DNA of 64,000 bases, from contig CBDCYI010000005.1 in the NCBI GenBank assembly GCA_965224085.1, forward strand, positions 1,600,001 to 1,664,000, written 5' to 3'. The stretch's first letter is position 1. Each line of letters begins with the position of its first letter. Shown here piece by piece: positions 32,922-45,545 of the stretch. This DNA comes from Candidatus Marinacidobacterales bacterium. Lineage in GTDB: Bacteria > Acidobacteriota > Vicinamibacteria > Marinacidobacterales > SMYC01. Made by a program: the position numbers and the translations under genes. The notes below the pieces were generated by a model. It saw only the letters and a list, made by a program, of their open reading frames with translations. It was not told the DNA's origin and searched no databases.

Positions 32922-34862
32922 TCGGAGCTTCCGCCGGCTAGACGCATGTAAACCCGTACGTTTAAAGCAGATGTGGCCGTTCTAAGTGTAATCAGTACGC
33001 ATGTAATAATAACGGTATGGTTGATAATGCTGATTAGATCCTGTATAGTCGGCGCATGTACATCGCCAAGGTGCCGAACCGTAACTCGCCCCCAGCGATT
33101 CTCATTCGCGAAAGCTACCGCGAAGGCGGTAAGCCCAAAACGAGGACCGTCGCCAACATCTCGAAGTGGAAGCCCGCTCGAATTGAAGCTCTTCGCCAGT
33201 TGCTGAAGGGCAACGTGGATTTGGGTGAGGCTCAGCAATTCGAGATCACCAGAAGCAAACCTCACGGACATGTTGCGGCCGTGCTGGGAACGCTGCGCAA
33301 AGTTGGCCTCGAGCGAATCATCCATAGCCGCCAGCGCCGAGAGCGTGACCTCGTGGTGGCGATGATTGTGGCGCGAATCGTAGAGCCGGGCTCCAAGTTG
33401 GCCACGGCCCGTGGTCTATCGAAACAGACCTTGACTTCGTCTTTGGGTGAGTGTGTTGGAGTTGAAGACTCCAACGAGGATGAGTTGTATGAGGCCCTGG
33501 ATTGGCTTTTGAGCCGCCAAGCTGCCATAGAGGAGAAACTGGCGAAACGCCATCTGCAGCAGGGCAGCTTGGTTCTCTACGACTTGACGTCGACTTGGGT
33601 GGAAGGTCGGTCGTGCCCTCTGGCGAAGCTCGGTTACTCGAGAGACGGCAAGAAAAACAAACTGCAGATCGTGTTCGGCTTACTGTGTGAGCGTAATGGT
33701 CGGCCGGTCGGGGTAGAGGTGTTCGAAGGCAACACCGGAGATCCCGCAACACTGGGGAGCCAAATTCGCAAAGTCCGAGAACGTTTTGAGCTTGACAATA
33801 TCGTCTTCGTAGGTGACCGAGGGATGATCACCGAAGCTCGGATTCGCGAGGAACTTCGACCAGAGGAAGGTCTCGAGTGGATCAGCTCACTTCGTGCCCC
33901 GCAGATTCAGCGACTTGCAAAAGACGGAATGCTACAGCCTTCTCTGTTCGATGAGGTCGACCTAGCGGAGATCCATCATCCTAACTTTCCTGGTGAGCGA
34001 CTCATTGCTTGTCGCAACCCTCTTCTTGCTGCCGAGCGGGCACGGAAACGGGAAGAGATGCTTGTGTCGACGGAGTCGAAGCTAGAAGTGATTCGCAAAG
34101 CGACGAAGCGAGACCAGCGTCCTTTGCGAGGCAAAGATACCATCGGCATACGATTGGGTCGAGTGTTCGCTCGGAGCAAGATGGGCAAGCACTTTCGCTA
34201 CACCATTACGGACGACAGCTTCGACTTCGAGCGCGACAACGATAACATCGAGCGTGAGGCGACCCTCGACGGTATCTATATCATTCGTACAAGCCTCACC
34301 GAAGAGGCCATCTCCGCAGACGAAGCTGTCAAGACCTACAAAGGCTTGGCAGTCGTTGAACGCGCTTTTCGTTGCTGCAAAACCGTGGATTTGAAAGTAC
34401 GGCCCATCTATCACTACAACGCTGAGCGAGTTCGAGCTCACATCTTTCTTTGCATGCTCGCCTACTACGTGGAATGGCACATGCGAAAAGCCCTCGCCCC
34501 GATCTTGTTTGACGACGACGACACTGACGGTGCCCAAGCCAAACGCTCATCCATCGTCAGCCCAGCAACGTCTTCAGACTCCGCCCAGGCAAAGGCTTCT
34601 ACCAAGAAGTCTCCCGATGGGTTGCCCGTCCACAGTTTCAGAACGCTTCTTTCTGATCTTGCTACGGTCACGAAAAATCAAGTCGAAAACGACGCCCGCG
34701 GCCTGTCCTTCGTCAGCGTTACTCGCCCTACACCCTTGCAGCACAAAGCATTCAACCTCCTCGGAATCAATCCCCGCACGATGTAAGCAGTACACACGCC
34801 TCTCTTAAAAAACAAGACTAATGATGCCAACACTTACGCTTGTTCATCTGTGGAAGTTCCGC
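32922..34862 (+). mobile_element. IS1634-family element; transposase 33056-34786; TTAG direct repeats
   Basis: LYDLTS, GYSRDGK, VGDRGM, VERAFR; imperfect TIR TCGGAGCTTCCGC / GCGGAACTTCCAC; TTAG on both flanks. Confidence 0.88.
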
Positions 34863-34903
34863 TTAGTGCTCAAAGCGTGCAGGCTGCAGATGTAGTTTGC
34901 AGC

Positions 34904-35077
34904 CTAGGCAGCCTTTTTGTTCTCGCACTTCGGCATTCGCCTCGCAGGGCGAACAGGCTCGCCGACGGGACGCGTCTTGCGTAGCTCAAGCGACGCGAGG
35001 CTCAACAGAACGTCCGCGATCCATTTGATTCCCAACGCGACGACGACAAAGCTCATCCAAAATAGCGGGCTCAACAT
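34904..35077 (-). CDS. 57-aa small membrane protein
   Basis: MLSPLFWMSFVVVALGIKWIADVLL...KKAA; GAGGT RBS; hairpin 34881-34905 at the stop. Confidence 0.55.
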   Translation of the reverse strand: MLSPLFWMSFVVVALGIKWIADVLLSLASLELRKTRPVGEPVRPARRMPKCENKKAA

Positions 35078-35205
35078 GTTCTCGACCTCATTTAGTTGTC
35101 TCGACTTTGGTGTAAGTCAAGCACCTTTTATAGTGTAAGTCAAGTAAAGATCAACCCAAAAAATAAGGCACTCTCTCGTCGGCACACCACAACAAGTTGT
35201 AGAGC

Positions 35206-35231
35206 AAAAAAAACGGGGCACAAAGGCCCCG
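35206..35231 (-). terminator. rho-independent terminator
   Basis: CGGGGC-loop-GCCCCG-TTTTTTT on the minus strand. Confidence 0.75.
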
Positions 35232-35250
35232 CTCGAGGTGTACGTTCGGC

Positions 35251-35824
35251 CTAAGTGCTGCTTTCGAAGCTCGCCGTCCAGGACGCGTCGCCCCAGGACA
35301 TGGTGAGCTCACTCGAGCTCAACTCGATGGTGAAGACATCCGTGGACTCCCCGGATTTCTTGGTCATAGGAATGCGCGCGATTTCTTCGCCCACGATGTG
35401 CGCTTTGTAGCCGCGCAGCTCGGGCCAGGGCTCTTTCGCCATTTCCGGCGGAGCTTGGTCCCAGATCTCGCCCAGCGGGACGCCGAGGTTCTTGTTGACG
35501 CAGAGCGCCCCAATTGCCTTCGGCGGGCGCATACACATATAGGCTGTACTTTCCCGCGGGAATCGACTTGCCGCCGATCTTGAGAGCTGCTTGGGTCTCG
35601 AGGGTCGTGACCTGGTTCTCGCCCGTGCGCCAGATGCGGTCTTCGGGCAGGTTCTTCATGAGCTCGTCGAGGCTGCGACCCTTCAAAGCGGGACGGCCAT
35701 ATTCGACCATAACTTTCGATCCGTTGACAGTGGCATCAACTTCACCACGAGGCTGGCGATCCTGTGCGAAGCTAATCGCAGCGAGACCGACGAGCGCGGC
35801 AAAGACCACGAGTCTTTTCATCAT
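35251..35824 (-). pseudogene. DUF2911 secreted protein, frameshift near 35510
   Basis: EYGRPALKGR, WRTGENQ, AGKYSLY; C-terminus in another frame. Confidence 0.78.
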
Positions 35825-35916
35825 TTTGTAAAGCTCCTTGTGAGTTGGTTTCGGTGAGCCCGCTCTGATTTCGATCAGGCTCAAGGGAGTATAGCGCGGA
35901 CTAGCCAACCCGTCCG

Positions 35917-36460
35917 TTACGAGCCCCATAGCTTCAAAAGGAAGAAAACCGTGACGCCCGTCACAGAAACATAGAGCCAGACGGGGAACGTGACGCGGGC
36001 GATCTTGAGGTGGCGCTCGAACCGCTTCGTGCCTGCAAAGAACAGCGTCGTGAGCACAAGAGGGAGCGCCACGATAGAGCCGGCAATGTGGCTAATAAGA
36101 ATGAAGAAGTACACCGGGCGGATGAGACCTTGACCACCGAAGCGCGTATCTCCATGAAAATGGTGGTACACGATGTAGCTTGCCAAAAAGAGGCCGGCGA
36201 CACCGACCGCTGAGAGCATCAGCTTTATGTGGAGCTCGCGCCGGCCGGATCGGATCGCGAGGAGGCCCGCGACGAGAAGCACGGCGCTCGTGAAATTGAG
36301 CCCCGCGTTCAGAGCGGGGAGAGCGCTCGTCCAACCCGGCGCGAACGCGCCGGGTTCACGAAAGTAGAGCAGCCAGAAAAGAAACGCGACGACGATGATG
36401 CTGACGACACCAATGACGCCGAAGGCTCGCTGCTCGACGTCGCTCAGCTTCCCGCCTCCA
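35917..36460 (-). CDS. DUF420 membrane protein
   Basis: LNAGLN, YFFILISH, PVWLYVSVTG. Confidence 0.85.
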
Positions 36461-36812
36461 TCCGGTTCACGTCCGCCTCGGTCGCGATATAGCCGAACGC
36501 GGACCAATACTTCCCATCCAGCACCTTATTCAGAATCTCCCTGGCTTTATCGACCTCGCCGTTCACGAAGTACCAGTTCGCGACACCGTAGCCTTGTGTC
36601 GCGAGATCGAGCTCGGAGGCGTCCTGATTCAAGAGCTCTACGGGATCCAGGAGACCTTTGTACATGAGAAGCCGCTTGTGGTACGAGCCGTTCTCCAGGA
36701 TGTCCATCACCTCGCGGATGTCATCGAACACCTTTGCCGCGTCGTCCGTAAGGCAACCGAGCGCCGCCAAAAAGGCGGCGGCCGCACATACTTCCCGAAC
36801 GTCTTTCATCAT
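36444..36812 (-). pseudogene. TPR lipoprotein with large in-frame internal deletion
   Basis: Lipobox LAALGC joined directly to C-terminal TQGYGVANW...WSAFGYIA. Confidence 0.55.
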
Positions 36813-37058
36813 CCCTCCGAGTCCTAGCCTCTCCGGGAGAGAGCCTAACCGCCCGAGACCGCCACTTCAAGGCACGGCCGTGGATAGAGAGCCAGTTCCC
36901 GCTCTCACGCACGAAGATCCTCGTGGATTTGCCGCGGTTCGTGAACCGTTCGCCAGCGCTCATTCCGGAATCGGTCCAGCAATACGTAATCCTGCCCGTC
37001 GCCACGAATGAAAGGTGACACTAAAAACGACTTTCTTCATGGAGGCCTCCGTCGAAAA

Positions 37059-37790
37059 CTAGCTGAGTCGCAATAGATCGGATCCGAAAAAAATGGGACC
37101 GGCCTCGACGCCGAGCCGGCGATAGACGGCGTCGGGGACACCGATATCCGCGAGGTACAGCTGCCCGGTGAACTCCTCGGCGCCCGGGACCGCGAGCCCC
37201 GCTTTGGGAAGTGCGAGCGTCATCGTGGCGGTGGCTTTGACGGTCAGTGGCGACGTCTCTCCTGTTGTCGCGTCGAGCCCGGTCGGGATATCCAAAGCTA
37301 AAACGGGCGCGGGCTGCGCCTTCGCCCAGCGGACGGTGTCTGCGATCACCCCCCTGGGCCGACCGCGTAGACTGTAGCCGACCATGCCGTCGAGGATGAG
37401 CTCGGGCCCGTCCCCGAGCGGCGCGTCCTTGGCAACGACGAAACGGATGCCCATCTTCTGCGCAATGTGCAGTTGATGCGCAGGAACACCGTCATAGGCA
37501 TCGACCGGACGCATGAGCGCAACCTCGACATTAGCACCCCAATCGTGAAGCCTTCTCGCGGCGACGAGAGCACCTCCGCCATTGCCGCCGGTGCCGGCGA
37601 GTACCGCGACTTCTTTGCCGCGCGCATCGCCTACGAGGAAGCGATCCCGGGCGAGCTGTGCGAGATGTCTGCCGGCATTTTCCATCATCTGGAGAAGCTC
37701 GATGCCGAAATCTTCAATCATCGAACGGTCTACTTCGACCATTTGGTCGCGCGTCACCGTGGGGATCGTTTTCCGCCAGTCGTCGATCAT
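37059..37790 (-). CDS. nnrE: NAD(P)H-hydrate epimerase (YjeF_N)
   Basis: MMENAG, GTGGNGG, ALDIPTG, LADIG. Confidence 0.88.
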   Translation of the reverse strand: MIDDWRKTIPTVTRDQMVEVDRSMIEDFGIELLQMMENAGRHLAQLARDRFLVGDARGKEVAVLAGTGGNGGGALVAARRLHDWGANVEVALMRPVDAYDGVPAHQLHIAQKMGIRFVVAKDAPLGDGPELILDGMVGYSLRGRPRGVIADTVRWAKAQPAPVLALDIPTGLDATTGETSPLTVKATATMTLALPKAGLAVPGAEEFTGQLYLADIGVPDAVYRRLGVEAGPIFFGSDLLRLS

Positions 37791-38022
37791 GACTTCGAGC
37801 GGCGCCTGAAAAGCGCCACCACAGCAACGATACACCAAGTTCCTTCGAGCACGATGAAGGGCGCGTACTCGATGAGATAGGAGGAGTAGCAAGACAGACC
37901 GGCACCGACGGCATTCATGCTCTGATAGGAACGCGCTCGATGCGGAAGGAACCCGGATAGGTTGAGAAAGAAAACGGCGAGACGCCTACGGAACCGAGGA
38001 GCTCGGCGGTCGTAATACTCAT
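37787..38022 (-). pseudogene. small membrane protein, frameshifted
   Basis: YQSMNAVGA...PFIVLEGTW; start in another frame. Confidence 0.5.
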
Positions 38023-38103
38023 GAGACCGACCGTAAGCGCCCGGCGACGCCTTGTCTTGTCTTGTCTTGTCAATGCGGCGTGGCCGGGTGGGCCGTGATC
38101 GGT

Positions 38104-38510
38104 TTAGTTGAACGGAACGGTGTGCGTATGGCTCGCGTTGTTCGTTGAGGTCTTTTGAACGTTCATGTTCTGAGCGATCTGACCTACCTCCGCCGCAGTT
38201 AGAGCGACGGTGTGGCGGTGATTCGATGACCCCGTGATATCGAGGCTCAGGGCATTGCCAGCCGTCAGCTGAGCGACGTGATCGTCGCCGTATACCCGTG
38301 ATTCGAACCGACTACACCTTGGACATTTCCGGTCGAAGGGGTGGGCGTCGGGGTGGGGGTTCGGGTCGGGGTCGACGGGCTGCTACTGCCGCCGCAAGCG
38401 GCGATCGTGATGGGTACGCTACTCAAGATCAAGAGCGCCGATTTCAAAGTAAAATCGCGCCTCGTCAAGTTCTGGCAGTTCTCGACGTCTTTCATCGCAG
38501 TCCTTTTCAT
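38104..38510 (-). pseudogene. Tat lipoprotein with His motifs, frameshift near 38268
   Basis: TRRDF, AACGG, PT-repeat linker, NHG.., HRH, HTH. Confidence 0.6.
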
Positions 38511-38711
38511 GATGTCCTCCGCTGACAGAATACCTGCGCAAGGTATGTGCCGCACGCCGGTTCGCGTGATTCCAAGGGTTTCGAGCGTTCCGCGAATGCC
38601 AGCCTTACGGAGGACGTAATATCTTACGTCGTTTGGAGGCACTTGCCCTCGTGCATCGACACAGTTTAACCTGCGGACGGCTGGGCGCCCTCTAAGTTTT
38701 GGAGACACGCT

Positions 38712-39152
38712 ATGAGCGCAAAACTGAGAATCGTGAGCTGGGTTTTGTTGACGATCGTCGGAGGCCTTACGCTTCTCGGATCCTTGGGCTCCGTGTACGT
38801 GGCCTACGTCGCGGACGCGAAGATAGATCAAATCGGCGCCATGAACTTGAGCGAGCTCGCCGAGGGTCGGAACGACCTCGAAATCGCCCTCCGAGCCCGG
38901 CGCGCCACCGCCGCGGCGTTCGCGACCGGTTATGCTCTCTTGTTCCTCACGATCGTGCTCGTCCCCTACCGCAGGGGCGACGTATGGGCGTGGTGGACCC
39001 TTCTGGTCGGGACGCTCGCGACGACGGGCATCATTCTTATACGGGTCTCGGTACTGGGCACAAATCTCGGCCTCGCAGCGGCGACGATTCCGCTCGCTGT
39101 CAACGTCGTCGCCCTTCTCCTCGATGCCGGCCGGCTGAAATCCGAAAGCTAG
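38712..39152 (+). CDS. 4-TM membrane protein
   Basis: Hydrophobic helices, PYRRGDVWAWW; GGAG RBS. Confidence 0.7.
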   Translation: MSAKLRIVSWVLLTIVGGLTLLGSLGSVYVAYVADAKIDQIGAMNLSELAEGRNDLEIALRARRATAAAFATGYALLFLTIVLVPYRRGDVWAWWTLLVGTLATTGIILIRVSVLGTNLGLAAATIPLAVNVVALLLDAGRLKSES

Positions 39153-39244
39153 TGTCCTGTGTCAGTGATTCGCTCGTTGCACAAAGGCCATTTTGTGGGC
39201 TGGCGAAGCGAGACGTTTGTGTGACCTATCACGGATACAGGACA
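39153..39244. mobile_element. MITE, 92 bp
   Basis: TIRs TGTCCTGTGTCAGTGAT / TGTCCTGTATCCGTGAT; flanks CTAG / ATAG. Confidence 0.65.
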
Positions 39245-39306
39245 ATAGCATGAGAATTCCCGGCCGCGATTCGATCCACGGCGCCGGGCTGCGATTCTAG
39301 TGGAAG

Positions 39307-40765
39307 ATGAACCTCGACGACCGTTTCAACGGCAAGACCTATGGCGACTTTCTCTTCCGCCCCCAAAAGGGGATCGTCGACACGCGGAAAAGCATCTCGC
39401 TCTCCTGTAAGCTGACCGACTCTCTCCGCCTCGAGCTTCCGGTCGTCTCTTCCAACATGGACAGCGTCACCGAAGCGGAGATGGCGAAAGCCGTCGCGCT
39501 CGAAGGCGGCATCGGTATCGTCCACCGCGCGCTTCCCATCGAGCGACAGGTTGAAATGGTGCGCTTCGTGAAGCGCAGCCACAGTGCCGTCATCGAGAGC
39601 CCGCATCGCGTGCCGCGCGGGACGACGATCGGCAACGCGAAAGCGATCGCCCGGCGGCATCAGATCACCGCGCTTCTTGTCGAAGAAAGCGCGGGGAGCG
39701 GCACACTTGCCGGTCTTCTGACCAACCGTGACATCCCTCGACGTAGCGAGCTCGACACCCAGCTCGTGGACGCGTTCATGACACCATTCGATCGCCTCCA
39801 CGTCTCTCCACCCGGCGTCGGCGAAGATGAAGCCGAGCGGCTTATGTTCGAAAACCGCATCGAGCGCCTCCCCCTCGTGGATGACGCCCGACAGATCCGA
39901 GGCCTCATCACGCTTCGCGACTTGCTCTTGTTCCCGGCACCGCCCGTTCTCTAGCAAAGACACGAAAGGACGGTTGCTCGTGGGCGCTGCGATCGGCGTT
40001 CGAGGCGACTATCTGGAACGTGCCGCGGCCCTCATGCAAGTGCATGCCGATGTCATCGTCATCGACATCGCGCACGCCCATTCCGCGGTCATGAAGAAGG
40101 GGATCGAAGCCGTGCGCTCGCGCTCCGAAGGGGTCGCGCTCATATGCGGCAATGTGGCGACCTATGACGGCGCGCGTTTTCTCGCAGACCTCGGTGTCGA
40201 CGCTATCAAGGTCGGCGTTGGACCGGGACGCGGATGCCGCACACGCCTCGAGACCGCCGCGGGCGTCCCACAGCTTCAAGCGATTCGTGAAGCATGGTGC
40301 GCCGTCGGCGGTGACGTGCCGATCGTCGCCGACGGAGGCATCAAAGACGACAAGGATATCTTCCTGGCGCTCATCTGCGGGGCCTCGACCGTCATGCTTG
40401 GAAGCGCGCTCTCAGGGACGGACGAGTCCCCGGGCCACCTCATCGAAGATCCGGCCACGCACCAAAAACGTAAAATCTACCGAGGCATGACGTCGCCGCA
40501 AGCAGTCCTGCAATCGAGTTATGACGAGGACGAAGGCAGCCGCGAGGTCGAGCTCGAAACCCCTGCCGAAGGCATGCAGATTCAAGTTCCCTACAAAGGC
40601 AGTGTCGTGGAGGTCCTTCACCGGGTGCGTGGACACGTGCAGTCGGCGGTGAGCTACGCGGGCGAAACGTCACTCGAAGCCGCGCGCAAGAAGATTTTGA
40701 AGGATCCGATGAAGTACCTGATCCCGCTCTCCGCCGCGTCCCGTCACGAGAGCTTCGAGCGCTGA
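39307..40765 (+). pseudogene. IMPDH/GMP-reductase family protein with CBS pair, frameshift near 39945
   Basis: [34 protein letters not shown] across two frames. Confidence 0.85.
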
Positions 40766-41263
40766 GGCTCCCGGCGCCCTTTGGTGGAGGGAGCCTGGCT
40801 TCCTGAATCGTTACCTTCAGTAACGCTTGGGGCCCGGGGCAACCCGATCGAAAACCATATAATCGCTTATGTTTGTGTTGGTTACGGCATAAGCGCCTGC
40901 TTGGCTTCGTTGTTGCAGTAGTCTTCATTGGCTTGCATGGGGATTCAGGGAAACGGGTTACACACACACTCACTTCCCGCTCCCTGAATCCCCGCGCGAA
41001 CCTATCCAGCCATCCGCGTCCGAATCCCAGTCCTGCTCGTCCGAGATGACGGACTTCACTTTCTCGACGAGATCGCGTCACTTCCAGCCCATGGTCGTCT
41101 TGGGCGTGTTTCGTCGCGCAGACCGAAGCGGTCCAATCTGAAGATCCTGAAAGCCGGACGATCACTCGCGGTTTGTGGTAGAAATCTAGCTTATGGCGGG
41201 AGCTTGGGAGTTGTCGGAGAAACCCTCGGTCGTCATCACCGGCGCGTCGAGCGAGGTTGACTT

Positions 41264-41506
41264 TTGAAACGACGCGATGTCTTGCGCTCGCTCATCGGTG
41301 TCGCCGGCGTTGGCGCCGCGCTTCCGGGCGAAGCACAGGCGTTGTCGCCCGCTGCAGTGGAAGAGCTCATGCGCGCGCATGGGCTCGAGCCGCAGCCGGG
41401 CGAGGGTGCTACGGTCCTGGCTTTCCTCCTGTCGGTACGCCCGCGAACACTACCGGCTCCACGCATCGAGCCGGCTATCCGGATGGATCCGGAGGTCGAC
41501 GCGTGA
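41264..41506 (+). CDS. small Tat-signal protein coupled to the amidase
   Basis: MKRRDVL...AQA signal; GTGA overlap with the next gene. Confidence 0.6.
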   Translation: MKRRDVLRSLIGVAGVGAALPGEAQALSPAAVEELMRAHGLEPQPGEGATVLAFLLSVRPRTLPAPRIEPAIRMDPEVDA

Positions 41507-42897
41507 GGGTCGCGCCCGAGCTTCTCGTCGCTCCTCTCCACGAGCTATCCGCACTCCTCGACAAAGGAGAGATCACTTCCGAGGAGCTCGTCCGAGCCAC
41601 GATTGAACGGACCGAGGCGCTCGAGCCCGAGCTCAACAGTTACATCACGTTTCTTCCCGAGCGTGCGCTCGAAGCGTCACGCCGCTCGGATGAACAACGA
41701 CGGCGCGGCGAAAGCAAAAGCCTACTTCACGGCATCCCGATAAGCTTGAAGGACGTGTTCGACACCGCGGAGATCGCGACCACGGCGGGCGCGCGCTTTC
41801 TGAAGAACCACGAGCCGACAACGGACGCTGAAGTCACCCGACGCCTCGACGAGGCCGGCACGATCCTTATGGGAAAAGCCAACTTGAACAAGTTCGCAGG
41901 CGGCGAGTCAGGCGAGAACCCCGACTTCGGCAACATGCGGAATCCGTGGAATCGCAATTATTCGCCGAGCGGATCGAGCGGCGGCTCAGCGGCGCAAGTC
42001 GCCACGGGCCTCGCGGCGCTCTCTGTCGGTTCGGATAACGGCGGCTCCGTCCGAAACCCCGCCTCGGTATGTAACGTCGTCGGGCTCAAACCGACCCACG
42101 GCCGCATCAGCACCGAGGGGATGTTTCCTCGGGCTTATTCGATCGATCACGCGGGTCCGATCACGCGCACCGTGAAAGACGCCGCCATCGTGATGCGCGT
42201 GCTCGCCGGGCACCGCGACGGCGACACGACGACGAGCCGGCGCGGTGTCCCCGACTACGAGGCGGAGCTCGACGGGTCGGTGCGCGGCACGAAGCTGGGC
42301 ATCGATCGCGAGCTTGCGCGCGTCGCCGAGCCCGCGGTCACGCGCATCTTCGAGCGCGCCCTCAGAAAGCTCGAAGAGATCGGCTGCGAGATCGTCGACC
42401 TCAGCCTCCCGACGCCAGAAGAGATGACAGAGGCGATGTATCTCATCTTTTTGTGCGAGTGGGGCGCCGGACACGAGCCGTGGATGCGGGACCGACCCGA
42501 AGAATATGGAGGCGGTGCGCGCGGCGCGCTCTTGATTCCGGCTGTCGACTATCTGAAAGCACAGCGCGAGCGGCGTACGTTTCAAGTACGGGCAGCTCAG
42601 GCGATGAAGGGCGTTGATCTTCTCCTCTCGCCGACCTATCCGATTGCGCAGCGCTCGCATCGCGGGCTCCCCTCGATCGCGGGACGGCGTCTCGACACCA
42701 TGGACGTGCTACGGTTCACGATGCCTTACGATCTGCTCGGGCTCCCGGCGGTGTCGCTACCTGGCGGCTTCGCGAAAGACGATGCGCCGGTGGGCATCCA
42801 AATCGCTGGGAGGGCGTTTCAAGAGGCTCGCGTGCTGCGCACGGCCTATGCTTACGAGCAAGCGACGGATTGGCACTTGCGACATCCTGATATCTAA
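41503..42897 (+). CDS. amidase-signature enzyme
   Basis: SLKD, GSSGGS, GSDNGGSVRNPAS. Confidence 0.92.
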   Translation: MRVAPELLVAPLHELSALLDKGEITSEELVRATIERTEALEPELNSYITFLPERALEASRRSDEQRRRGESKSLLHGIPISLKDVFDTAEIATTAGARFLKNHEPTTDAEVTRRLDEAGTILMGKANLNKFAGGESGENPDFGNMRNPWNRNYSPSGSSGGSAAQVATGLAALSVGSDNGGSVRNPASVCNVVGLKPTHGRISTEGMFPRAYSIDHAGPITRTVKDAAIVMRVLAGHRDGDTTTSRRGVPDYEAELDGSVRGTKLGIDRELARVAEPAVTRIFERALRKLEEIGCEIVDLSLPTPEEMTEAMYLIFLCEWGAGHEPWMRDRPEEYGGGARGALLIPAVDYLKAQRERRTFQVRAAQAMKGVDLLLSPTYPIAQRSHRGLPSIAGRRLDTMDVLRFTMPYDLLGLPAVSLPGGFAKDDAPVGIQIAGRAFQEARVLRTAYAYEQATDWHLRHPDI

Positions 42898-43087
42898 CCC
42901 TAATCGCAAATAAACGTCACCGTGTCTGAGGTCTTTGGCCCCCGTGAATAGCACCTTTTCCAGGTTCTGCATACACCGTGCAGAATCACCTATAGTGGCG
43001 GCGAGCGGGTGCCCCAGCACGAGCTTCTCGCCTGCGCCCAGTGCGGCTGTTTCGCGTTTTCGTGCTTCGAAGATTTTGCGATTAGGG
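42898..43087. mobile_element. MITE, 190 bp, with CTAA target duplication
   Basis: Perfect 13-bp TIR CCCTAATCGCAAA; CTAA on both flanks. Confidence 0.78.
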
Positions 43088-43134
43088 CTAATATCTAGGA
43101 GGGCCCGCGTGGACCCTAACTTTTGGAGCTGAAC

Positions 43135-44458
<1,324 letters not shown>

Positions 44459-45545
44459 TGCCTTGGTGCACAACTCCGATAGAGGCCGAGAGCTCGCTTG
44501 GCCCCGACTCCCATCATCCGATCATCTCGCTATCAGGCATCCCGAGCGCCGTCATGGTGTTGAGAATCTTGCACCCGATCCTTGCCTCGACTCTCTGTGC
44601 CGCCAACCCTCTCGCTCGCATCGCTGAGCCCACGATAGCCTTGTAGCGATGGAACGTTGTCTCGACTTTGCTCCGTTTGCTGTAGCCCGATTCTGTGTGC
44701 CACTTTCGTTTGCCGAGCCGAGCTTGTGCTGCAATGTTGCGATTGCGCTGTCGGCTGCTCGCCGGCCCCGATGCGAGCTGGGCGCCCTTGCGCGGCGGTA
44801 TCAGCACCCTCGGCGAGCGATGAGCGCTGTGATTCTCGATTGCCTCATAGACGCCGCTGGCGTCGTATGCGGTGTCAGCTCTGGCCGATGAGATGGGACT
44901 GTCGCTCTGTCCGACAAGCGATGCAACCCGCGATGAATCGCGGGCTCTTTTGCTCGTCAGCTCGCAGGCGACGACTTCGCCAGTCTGCTCGTCGACACAC
45001 AGATGGAGCTTGCGATAGTCCCTGCTATTTGGTGCTCTGCGCAGCTGGCCGGCGTGGACAGCGAGACCGCTGCTGTCGATCAAGATGTGCAACGGCGTCT
45101 TCTGCTTGTCTTGGTAGAAGGGGACCTTACCCAGCTTCACCTTGCGCCTCGAGATCGTGGTGTGATCGGGCACATCATTGTCTAGCTTCATCAGAGCGAA
45201 CAACGACCGCAGCAATCCCTCGCTCTGTCTAGATGACAGATGAAACACCATGCCCAGGGTGACAGCCGTCTCGATGGCGTGGTTCGAGTACTTGCGTTGA
45301 CGGCCCGGTTTCCTCCTCCTCGGCCGGGGCGCGTCCCAGTTCACAAGCTTGCCGGCGGTGAGCGAGATCCAGACGGTCAGGCTCCCGCGGTTGCGTAGAC
45401 CCGCCTCATATTCACGCCAATTCCTCACGCGATAGGCCTTCTTCACATACTTCCGCTGAGTGCGTTTGAAAATGCTCATGGGGAACCTCGAATCCGTGAG
45501 TAAAGGACAATTGTGGACCGAGATCGCGAGTTGTGCACCAAGGCA
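44459..45545 (-). mobile_element. IS5 family copy 2; transposase 44514-45479
   Basis: Same TIR and 1087-bp length as copy 1. Confidence 0.93.

Noticed and set aside
38051-38071. (CTTGT)4 simple repeat as a phase-variation tract
   Set aside because: Short, intergenic and upstream of a decayed gene; no sign of function.
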